64,000 bases of DNA from Octopus vulgaris. Taxonomy: Eukaryota. The translations under genes and the position numbers were made by a program. The first letter of the stretch is position 1, and each line of letters begins with the position of its first letter. Below are positions 53,055 to 64,000 of this stretch, one piece after another. The DNA is taken from assembly GCA_951406725.2 (NCBI GenBank), contig OX597840.1:30690001-30754000 (forward strand), in the 5' to 3' direction. Under the pieces are notes generated by a model. It searched no databases, was not told the DNA's origin, and was given only the letters and a program-made list of their open reading frames with translations.

Positions 53055-53396
53055 GCGCGCACACATATATACAAAGAGCTTCTTTCAGTTTCTGTCTACC
53101 AAATCCACTCTGAAGGCTTTGGTTGACCCAACGTCATCGTATAAGAGATTTGCCCAAATTACCCCACAGTGGGACTGAATCCATAACCATGTTTTTTGGA
53201 AGCAACCTTCCTTGAGCACATTCTCAGTACTTTTTTTTTTATAAGATTTATACTTATTCTGGAGTGGAGGTGCAATGGCCCAGTGGTTAGGACAGCAGAC
53301 TCGCGGTTGTAGGATTGCAGTTTCAATTCGCAGACCAGGCATTGTGAGTGTTTATTGAGCAAAAACACCTAAAGCTCCATGTATATATATATATAC

Positions 53397-53838
53397 AGGC
53401 GCAGGAGTGGCTGTGTGGTAAGTAGCTTGCTTAACAACCACATGGTTCCGGGTTCAGTCCCACTGCATGGCATCTTGGGCAAGTGTCTTCTACTATAGCC
53501 TTGGGCTGACATACATGCATACATACATGCATACATGCCTTGTGAGTGGATTTGGTAGATGGAAACTGAAAGAAGCCCATCGTATATGTGTATATATATG
53601 TATATATGTATGTGTGTGTATATGTTTGTGTGTCTGTGTTTGTCCCGCTAGCATTGCTTGACAACCGATGCTGGTGTGTTTATGTCCCCGTCACTTAGTG
53701 GTTAGGCAAAAGAGACTGATAGAATAAGTACTGGGCTTACAAAGAATAAGTCTCGGGGTCGATTTGCTCGACTAAAGGCAGTGCTCCAGCATGGCCACAC
53801 TCAAATGACTAAGACAAGTAAACGAGTAAAGAGTAAAG
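53397..53838 (+). mobile_element. CORE-like SINE
   Basis: Family match. Confidence 0.9.
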
Positions 53839-54250
53839 ACTAATATACATATATGTATACGCACACACACAAACACACATACGCGCACACACACACACAC
53901 ACACACACATATGGCCTGCTAGTTAATTGTGACATCAGTGATTTTCCAGTAACAGCTGATTTTGTCTTAGACATAACATGTGGTCGCTAGTGGATTCTTG
54001 CTCCTGACGAAGCCCAAAGAGAGAGAGGGAGAGAGAGAGCAATATACATTTAACAGTGCTGCCACTTAATGATTTCTATCTGATGCTGATGCCATTCTGT
54101 GTTTTTTATCCCTATATATCTATAAGAGATGCTAGATGGACACATGAAGTTTTTAGGCTTTCAATGTTGTATATGCTTTCAGTATGATACACATATTGCT
54201 ATTTATATCTGTACATTTATTGCAAATTTCTTAAACACACAGCCATATAT

Positions 54251-54410
54251 ATCATCATCATCATTGTTCGACCATGGTCGAGACAATGGAATTTACCATG
54301 CTACGCCAGACTTCACGGTCCATCATAGCATTACGGAGGTCCTGTTGCTGGATGCCTGTATCCCTGGAGATTACATCAGGGTAGGAGAGTGTGCGCCCTC
54401 TGGTATAGCG
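54251..54410 (-). mobile_element. 3' end of another RTE-like LINE whose ORF runs directly into a (TGA)n tail
   Basis: RGRTLSYPDVISRDTGIQQQDLRNAMMDREVWRSMV...EQ* followed by TGATGATGA. Confidence 0.7.
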
Positions 54411-54444
54411 AGTAAATGTATATACATATACATACATAGAGCAG

Positions 54445-55067
54445 CTAACCTGCTTCCATGCCAGTGGCACGTTAAAGGCTCCATTCGAGTGTGATCACTA
54501 CCAGCATTGCCTTACTGGCACTTGTGCCCCGTGCTAGTAGGGTGCTAAGAGCACCATCCGAGCATGATCGTTGCCAGAGCAGCCAACTGGCTTCCGTGCC
54601 GGTGACACATAAAAGGCACCATTCGAGCGTAATCGTTATCAGCGTCGCCTTACTGGCACCTGTGCCGGTGGCATGTGTAAAAACATTCGATCGAGGCCAT
54701 TGCCAGTACTGCCTGACTGGCCCATGTGCTGGTGGCTAATAAAAAGCACCATTTGAGCTTGATCTTTACCAGTGTTGTTTTACTGGCACCTGTGCTGGTG
54801 GCATGTGTAAAAAGGTTCTAGTGAGGTTGTTGCCAGTGCCGCCTGACTGGCCCCCATGCTGCTGGCACGTAGAAGAACCCACTAAACTCTCGGAGTGGTT
54901 GGCATTAGGAAGGGCATCCAGCTGTAGAAACTCTGCCAGATCAAGATTGGAGCCTGGTGCAGCCATCTGGTTCACCAGTCCTCAGTCAAATCGTCCGACC
55001 CATGCCAGAATGGAAAGCTGACGTTAAACAACGATGATGGAGATAATGATGATGATGATGATGATGA
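54445..55067 (+). mobile_element. RTE-related 3' UTR with hairpin repeats and (GAT)n tail
   Basis: Family match to 46360-46850. Confidence 0.8.
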
Positions 55068-55601
55068 ATTATTTCTTCAGTTTTTTTTTTTTTTTTTTTT
55101 TTTTCCTGACTCGTTTTAACCAAACATCTTCTAACTTAGATATTGATTTTTATATAACACAAGACAACTTCCAATTCTATAGCATTTAATGTTTCGCTAA
55201 AATAACCAGAGTATTTCTCATAAATGCGCCATCACCATTAGGCTGCTAAAATGTCCACATCACGATTCTAACCTCTTGCCCATTTATTCCTCTTCTTTTA
55301 CTCTTTGCTTCCCTCTTTTTTTCAACAATTAACAGTCCATTAGCAGTCAACAACGGAGCTTCTAACATTCATTATGAGTTAATTACTGCCTGGAAACAGT
55401 TTTAATCTATGGAGATCATCGAAAAGCGGTGCGGAATGTTTCTAACGAGATTTATAATTTATTTTGGGAATTTATTTTCCTGTGAAACCCTAGAAATAGA
55501 TTTTGCTCAGAATGGATTACACTGGGTGTTTCAATTCTTTGGAAGATGCTGAATATAGTCTGCAAGAAATAGCTTCTAAAACACACCTTGTAAGCATAGC
55601 T

Positions 55602-56353
55602 ATCATCATCATCGTCATTTAACGTCCGCTTTCCATGCTAGCATGGGTTGGACGGTTCAACTGGGGTCTGGGGAGTCAGAAGGCTGCACCAGGCCCAGTC
55701 TGATCTGGCAATGTTTCTATGGCTGGATGCCCTTCCTAACGCCAACCACTCCGTGAGTGTAGTGGGTGCTTTTTACGTGCCACCGGCACATGTGCCAGAA
55801 GGGGCTGGCAACATCCACGATCGGATGGTGCTTTTTACGTGCCACCAGCACGGGGGCCAGGCGAGGCTGGCAACGGCCACGATCAGATGGTGCTTTTTAC
55901 GTGCCACCAGCACGGAGGCCAGGCAAGGCTGGCAACGGCCACGATCAGATGGTGCTTTTTACGTGCCACCGGCACGGAGGCACGTCGGGGCGGCACTGGC
56001 AACGGACACGTTTGGATGATTCGCTTACATGCCACCGGCACTGGTATCACAGCTACAATTTCCATTGATGTTGATTGATTTCGATTTTGATTCTGATTCT
56101 CACTTGCCTCAACAGGTCTTCACAAGTAGAGTTTTGTGTCCCAAGAAGGAAAGGTATGCATAAGTGGACTGGCTACATCCCAGGTAGAGGCCATGGGTTA
56201 TGGTCTCACTTGTCCTGCCGGGTCTTCTCACGCACAGCATACTTCCAAAGGTCTCGGTCTCTGGTCATTTCCTCGGTGAGACCTAAAGTTCGAAGGTCAT
56301 ACTTCACCACCTTGTCCCAGGTTTTCCTGGGTCTGCCTCTTCCACAGGTTCCC
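55602..56353 (-). mobile_element. RTE LINE 3' end (ORF end, UTR and tail)
   Basis: Reverse-complement match to 38066-38677. Confidence 0.9.
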
Positions 56354-56577
56354 TATATGGTTAAGAATTTCATTTTTCACCCATTTCATCTCAGGTTCAG
56401 TTCTGTTTGGCACCTTGAGCAAGTGTCTTCTACTAAGGATTTGTGCTGACCAATTTCCTGTTAGAAATTCTTTAGACATAGAAATTGAATAATATTATTT
56501 CGTAATATCTAGAACTTTCTGTCTCCTTCTTATGCTCTCTTCACTAGAATTAGAACTTGTGTGGCAGAAATGGCAGA

Positions 56578-57183
56578 AAAGCGGCAAGCTGGCAGAATCG
56601 TTAGTGCACCGGATGAAATGCTTAGCAGTATTTCGTCTGCCATTACATTCTGAGTTCAAATTCCGCCGAGGTCGACTTTGCCTTTCATCCTTTAGGGGGG
56701 CGATAGATTAAGTACCAGTTACACACTGGGTTGATATAATCGACTGAATCCATTTGTCTGTCCTTGTTTGTCTCCTCTGTGTTTAGCCCCTTGTGGGTAG
56801 TAAAGAAATAGGTATTTCATCTGCCGTTACATTCTGAGTTCAAATTCCACCGAGGTCGACTTTGCCTTTCATCCTTTCGGGGTCGATTAAATAAGTACCA
56901 GTTATACACTGGGGTCAATATAATCAACTTAATCCGTTTGTCTGTTCTTATTTGTCCTCTCTGTGTTTAGCCCCTTGTGGGTAGTAAAGAAATAGGTATT
57001 TCATCTGCCGCTACGTTCTGAGTTCAAATTCCGCCGAGGTCGACTTTGCCTTTCATCCTTTCGGGGTCGATAGATTAAGTACCAGTTACGCACTGGGGTT
57101 GATATAATCGACTGAATCCCTTTGTCTATCCTTGTTTGTCCCCTCTATGCTTAGCCCCTTGTGGGCAATAAAGAAATAAGAAA
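56578..57183 (+). mobile_element. Meta-like SINE trimer
   Basis: One head, two GAAATAGGTATTTC junctions, terminal CAATAAAGAAATAAGAAA. Confidence 0.9.
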
Positions 57184-57603
57184 TGGCCTGCTTGGGAGTT
57201 CCACAGTGTTGATGCAAGCTGGTAGGGATAACTCTGTGTTTGCTTGACTTATCGCAAATAGCAGCTAAATCTCTCCTTAGTTTCATTCTATTGAGAAAAG
57301 GGAAGGTCACAGCTGAAATATCTCTGGAATTTTCTTCCTCTTTTGCATTCTCTCTTTCACTTTCTCAATATCCTTCCCCTCTCTTGCCTCCTCCCTTTCT
57401 CCCCACCTCTCTTATCTCCTCTCTCTCTCTCTACCTTTGACTCTCTTCTCTTCTCTTCTCTTTTTCTCCTTCTCTCTATTTCTCACTCTCCTTCTACAGC
57501 TCTCTGTCACTGACTCTCCTCTCCCCAACCTTTCTGCTCCTCTCAACCCTCTCCATATTTCCTTTTTGCTTTCACACCTTACTCTCTCTCTTTCTTTCTC
57601 TAA

Positions 57604-58025
<422 letters not shown>

Positions 58026-58239
58026 GAATATATATATATAAATTTAAAATGAGGTTGAGAAATTAGATATTAATTTAATTAACATCCTATTTCACACCAG
58101 TGGTCTAGCATATAAAAAAACTGAAGGTTCAGTCAAATTGTATTATATACATATAAGCGCGATAAACCACTATGTGGACACCCTTATGCTAGAAGTAGAT
58201 CCACTATTGTCTTACCACTAAGAAATGTTCTCAAGAAAA

Positions 58240-58284
<45 letters not shown>

Positions 58285-58932
58285 TCCTTTCCTTCTCTAT
58301 CTCTCTCCCTTCCCCCCTTTCCTCCCACCATTCCTCCCTCTTTCTCTTTCCCCTCTTCCTGTGTATATCCACGAGTAAAATGACTCCAAATGCTACTTCC
58401 TAACTAAAGTAGTGAGAATTTTAAAGTGTACTCCAGCTTTAGAGAAATGCAATTACAGCATGTCCAATTATAACTCATGAACTTAAATTGTTTCCATTAT
58501 CAAAGCACTAAGGAAAAATCAAGACAAACAACAACAAGTATGTAGGTGTGCCTACACGGATTTTTCTATATATTTGTATATATACATATGCATGTATATA
58601 TATATATATAATTTTCATATACATATATATATATATGTATACATATATGTATATATATATATATATACAAATATATATGTATGTATACATAATATGTATT
58701 TTTTTTTATGCATAAATGAAATATATATGTATATATATATGCACACAATTTGTCAGAAAGTGCATATAAAGTACATGCAGTAATGTAGAATTTATATATA
58801 TATATATATGAATAAATGAAAGAAAGGAGTCGAACAAAGATGTTAACAAAATTCCTTTACTCTCAACATATGTTTCGAATTTTCCATGCTGACAATAAAC
58901 ATAGGATAATTCACTCACCTATTGAAATAATA

Positions 58933-58964
<32 letters not shown>

Positions 58965-59007
58965 GTATGCACGTATGTATATGTATGTATACATATATAT
59001 AATGAAA

Positions 59008-59284
59008 TTATTGTATACAGTGCTCAGGTGCACCACAACTTGTCAGAAAGTGCATATAAAGTACATGCAGTAATGTAGAAATGTCTGGGAAGTGAACAGT
59101 GTATGAGTCAGATACATGCTTGCATGTGTATTTGGAGGGGAGAATATCAGGTGTAGTGTTGGCGAATCTCAGGAAGCATGGAAGTTTTGAAGGATTCAGT
59201 GCTCTGACAACTAACAACTGATGCCGGCAGTTTGTTCCATGCTTCAGCAACTCTCAGCGTGAAAAAATGTTTCCTGAAGTCATG
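59008..59284 (-). mobile_element. CR1-clade LINE 3' end
   Basis: HDFRKHFFTLRVAEAWNKLPASVVSCQSTESFK matches the CR1 RK.FF..RV...WN.LP..VV...S...FK motif. Confidence 0.88.
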
Positions 59285-59307
59285 TATATATATATGTGTG
59301 TGTATAT

Positions 59308-59364
<57 letters not shown>

Positions 59365-60261
59365 CCACGCTGCAATTGTTTTCGTTCCAGAACACGATCT
59401 CAGATCAGGTCACTTTCTATGCAAGTACATCTTCATAATATGTATATATATATATGAGTCTGTGTGTGTATGGAGGGCTTCTTTCAGTTTCTGTCTATCA
59501 ATCTACAGACACGTATTTAGTCAGCCTAAGGCTATAGTAGAAGACACTTGAACAAAGTGTCATACAGTGGAATTGAACTCAGAACCATATGGTTGGGAAG
59601 CAAGCTTCTTACCACACAGCCACACCTGCAATTAATGAAGGTGCTTTCTTTAAATTAATTTTCTTATTTGTTATATATTATATATCAAAGAAAATGTTGC
59701 CAAAGGTATCCCTACGTTGTTATGTCCCTTCATAGATATAGCAGCCAAATCTCCCTCGATCGACATGCTGCTATTTTAAAAATAAGAATGGGATCAGAAT
59801 GATGTAATCCTAAATACACCATGTTGAAAATCTGAATTTAAAAAATGCAGTATGGTCATGGTTGGAATGTCTTTGACATGGAAGCTGCTCTTGAAGTAAT
59901 CCAACAATGAAAACAGCAGCAGCAGTGGCAGCAGCAGCAGTAACGGGGTTTATAAGATGGTTAATCCCTTCTGTTCCCGTGTAGGCCCTTAAGTCTATCA
60001 ACTGATGACTGAGATATGGGAAAATATTTCCTTACTTCATTAAAACAATGCAATGTCGACATTCCTGTAATCAGTTACGGATTTAAGTATGTGTGTGTGT
60101 GTGTGTGTGTATGAGTGTGTGTGTGTGTGCACATGCATGTGTCTGTATGTATGCATGTATATGTGTATATGTATGTGTGTATGTCGGTATGTCTGTGTGT
60201 GTGTGTGATAGTGTGTAAATGTGTATTAGTGTTGATAGGCCAATAGACAGACAGACATATA

Positions 60262-61582
60262 GATGGATGGGTGGATGGATGGATGGATGGACGGACGGAT
60301 GGACGGATGGATGGACGGATGGATGGACAGACGGATGGACGGACAGATGGATGGATGGATGGACGGACGGATGGATGGATAGATGGACGGATGGACGGAT
60401 GGATGGACGGATGGATGGACAGACGGATGGACGGACAGATGGATGGATGGATGGACGGACGGATGGATGGATGGACGGACGGATGGATGGATGGATGGAT
60501 GGATGGATGGACGGACGGATGGATGGATGGATGGACGGACGGATGGATGGATGGATGGATGGATGGATGGATGGATGGATGGATGGATGGATGGACGGAC
60601 GGATGGATGGATGGACGGACGGATGGACGGATGGATGGACGGATGGATGGACAGACGGATGGACGGACAAATGGATGGATGGATGGACGGATGGATGGAT
60701 AGATGGACGGATGGACAGATGGATGGACGGATGGATGGACGGACGGATGGACGGAAGGATGGATGGATGGATGGACGGACGGATGGATGGATAGATGGAC
60801 GGATGGACAGATGGATGGATGGATGGACGGACGGATGGATGGATAGATGGACAGATGGACAGATGGATGGACGGATGGATGGACAGACGGATGGACGGAC
60901 AGATGGATGGATGGATGGACGGACGGATGGATGGATAGATGGACGGACGGACGGATGGATGGATAGATGGATGGATGGACAGATGGATGGACGGATGGAT
61001 GGACAGACGGATGGACGGACAGATGGATGGATGGATGGACGGACGGATGGATGGATAGATGGACGGATGGACAGATGGATGGACGGATGGATGGACAGAC
61101 GGATGGACGGACAGATGGATTGATGGATGGACGGACGGATGGATGGATAGATGGACGGATGGGATGGATGGACGGATGGATGGACAGACGGATGGACGGA
61201 CAGATGGATGGATGGATGGACGGACGGATGGATGGATAGATGGACGGATGGACAGATGGATGGACGGATGGATGGACAGACGGATGGACGGACAAATGGA
61301 TGGATGGATGGACGGACGGATGGATGGATAGATGGACGGATGGACAGATGGATGGACGGATGGATGGACAGACGGATGGACGGACAGATGGATTGATGGA
61401 TGGACGGACGGATGGATGGATAGATGGACGGATGGACAGATGGATGGACGGATGGATGGACAGACGGATGGACGGACAGATGGATGGATGGATGGATGGA
61501 CGGACGGATGGATGGATAGATGGACGGATGGACAGATGGATGGACGGATGGATGGACGGACGGACGGACGGACGGACGGACG

Positions 61583-61629
<47 letters not shown>
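60262..61629. repeat. (GGAT/GGAC/AGAC)n tetranucleotide satellite with a ~92-bp higher-order unit
   Basis: GGATAGATGG landmarks recur at roughly 92-bp spacing in parts of the distal half (spacing varies). Confidence 0.92.
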
Positions 61630-61659
61630 GTGTGTGCATGTATGCAGTTTTTATGTTAT

Positions 61660-61907
61660 ACTCTTATTCTCTTTTACTCTTTTTACTTGTTTCAGTCATT
61701 TGACTGCGGCCATGCTGGAGCACCGCCTTTATAGTCGAGCAAATCGACCCCAGAGTTTATTCTTTGTAAGCCAGTACTTACTCTATCAGTCTCTTTTGCC
61801 GAACCACTAAGTTACGGGGGACCTAAACACACCAACATCAGTTGTCAAGTGATGCTGGTGGGGACAAACAGATACACAAACACACACACTCACACACACA
61901 CGCACAC

Positions 61908-61949
<42 letters not shown>

Positions 61950-62113
61950 GACATGCTTCTTTCAGTTTCCGTCTACCAAATCCACTCACAAGGCTTTGGT
62001 TGGCCCGAGGCTATAGTAGAAGACACTTGCCCAAGGTGCCACGCAGTGGCACTGAACCCGGAACCATGTGGTTGGTAAGCAAGCTTCTTACCACACAGCC
62101 ACTCCTACGCCTA
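61660..62113 (-). mobile_element. CORE-like SINE
   Basis: Family match. Confidence 0.9.
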
Positions 62114-62511
62114 CATATATTTAACATTCTCTCTCTTCTTCCCTCTCTCTCTCTTTCTCTTTCTCTCTCACCTTGCTTTATGGCATTGGAATTCTTCCCG
62201 TTGGCACCACTAAGTCTATATCTTGACCATTATCAAGTTCCTCATTGATTCTTTTATAGGATTTCATGAGTAAGATGGTAAAAAACGAAAAATTAATTAT
62301 GGCCTATTCGTTATCAATCATTATATCCATTTTTAACAACAACCTTTTTGTTTTATATATCACTCTAAATCAAATAACACTTTTAGCAAGAAAAAGGAAC
62401 CTTTGTGTGGTCACTCAAAACGCTAGAAATAACAGTCTCAAACCTTCTTAAAGTCATCTCTTTCTCTCTTAACCCTTAGCGTTCAGATTACTCAGTCAAA
62501 CGTAATACTTA

Positions 62512-62925
62512 TTTACTCTTTTACTTGTTTCAGTCATTTGACTGCGGCCATACTGGAGCACCGCCTTTAGTCGAGCAACTCGACCCCGGGACTTATTCTT
62601 TTTGTACACCCAGTACTTATTCTATCGGTCTCTTTTTGCCGAACCGCTAAGTGACGGGGACGTAAACACACCACTATCGGTTGTCAAGCAATGCTAGGGG
62701 AACAAACACAGACACACAAACACACACACATACATATATATATATATACATATATATATATACGACAGGCTTCTTTCAGTTTCCGTCTACCAAATCCACT
62801 CACAAGGCATTGGTCGGCCCGGGGCTATAGTAGAAGACACTTGACCAAGATGCCATGCAGTGGGACTGAACCCGGAACCATGTGGCTGGTAAGCAAGCTA
62901 CTTACCACACAACCACTCCTGCGCC
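62512..62925 (-). mobile_element. CORE-like SINE inserted into a second TTAA-CCCT MITE-like element starting at about 62469
   Basis: Family match; the flank TTAACCCTTAGCGTTCAGATT..GTCAA..GTAATACTTATTTA also occurs at about 44078. Confidence 0.8.
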
Positions 62926-63409
62926 TATTTCTTCACATTTTATACACATTGTTTATCTTGTATGGCTGAGATTTTGATAAACGGCCTTTTTATTTTTAAA
63001 ATGACATTGTAGGGTAGGTGTGCAAGGCCTGATCTGGCCAGTTTGAACACAAAACATGTAGAATATCTGGGCTGGATATGCTAACAGATTAAAAATGGAT
63101 GCCTCAGATAAAGTAGGCCTGGATTCCTTGGACATAAAAAACAAGTAGGATGGTCATGAGGGGAGTGCTTTTGATAAGGAACTCTATATGGTCTTCTGAG
63201 GGGCTAGAAATAGCAGTCTAAAATCTCAGTCACCTAACAGTCTCAAAAAGCAAAAAAAAAAAGAAAAGGACACATTGAGCAATGTGATCCAAGGTACACT
63301 GAGTTTGAGTAAAAGACAGGGTGGTCACGGATGGAAATAACTTTGATCATAAGTGTGCTCCATTTAACAACAACCGTAGCAACTAGTAGCAAACACTTTT
63401 AGTCAATGA

Positions 63410-63642
63410 GAGTCTCTATGTGGTCTTCAAAGAAACTAGAAAGATCAGTCAAAAACCTTGGTCAAATTAACACTTAGTCCTTGAAAAATGAGTCTCTATG
63501 TGGTCTTCAAAGAAACTAGAAATAGCAGTCAAAAACCTTGGTCAAATTAACACTTAGTCCTTGAAAAATGAAAGTCTCTATGTGGTCTTCAAAGAAACTA
63601 GAAAGAGCAGTCAAAAACCTTGGTCAAATTACACTTAGTCTT
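63410..63642. repeat. ~80-bp tandem repeat x3 within a cluster of degenerate related units (63180-63800)
   Basis: AGTCTCTATGTGGTCTTCAAAGAAACTAGAAA...CACTTAGTC three times; related CTAGAAATAGCAG words also at about 43160, 57255, 59735 and 62420. Confidence 0.9.
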
Positions 63643-64000
63643 AGAAAAAAATAAACATGTAAAAATGACTGTATGATGGCTAAAAATTGAGTCTCACCAT
63701 GGGCCCTCATCAAGCTAGAAATAACAGCTTATATCACCTTCAAAAAGGGAAAGGAAGTCATTTTTGCAGCAAAGCGTATTGGGAGGGTGGTAATGGCTAA
63801 AGACTATAGATCTTAGGAATTCAATACCTAACCAAATTTCATCATGCTGAGATGTAAAGATGGAGAGAAAAACTGAAATTGTGTCTTGCTATGTTTTATC
63901 GAGCAAGATGTAATTAATAATAATTGAAGATCCTCAACGTTTAATATTGACAACGAAATTGACTTTGGAAGTCAATAAAGATTAAATATTTGGTTTTGTG

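Noticed and set aside
60075-61639. 406-518 aa PSIH/MDGW ORFs superficially like repetitive Met/Asp/Trp proteins such as reflectin
   Set aside because: Pure tetranucleotide repeat; lacks the Tyr/Arg content and M/FD-X5-MD motif of reflectins.

Overview
Repeat-dominated, AT-rich eukaryotic non-coding DNA (intergenic or large intron). The repeat families look like those of Octopus genomes; this is pattern recognition, not a database match. No intact host protein-coding gene, RNA gene or CRISPR array is supportable. Most ORF-track entries are microsatellite translations or SINE fragments. Recognisable coding relics are 5'-truncated LINE ends (RTE, CR1, Dong/R4) and mariner transposase scraps. The window is a mosaic of tRNA-derived SINEs (Meta-like, CORE-like, V-like), piggyBac-, hAT- and mariner-type MITEs, Helitrons, and (TA)n, (TAA)n, (CAG)n and (GGAY)n repeats. 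Five observations stand out. (1) At least two families of short (TA)n-embedded elements carry type I hammerhead ribozyme motifs: an intact minimal core at 22755-22789, variants at 3830-3865 and 4422-4482, and a sibling copy starting 6 nt after the predicted cleavage site. (2) Meta-like SINE concatemers are joined at one fixed hairpin junction at several separate loci. (3) Several long inverted repeats could form dsRNA. (4) There is an inverted, deleted copy of the window start at about 27.8-28.06 kb and a direct/inverted duplication at 5-6.3 kb. (5) A TE-poor, CpG-retaining region at about 7.9-13.8 kb contains a candidate minus-strand TATA promoter. All coordinates were read by eye and ends are approximate unless a TSD or TIR is quoted.
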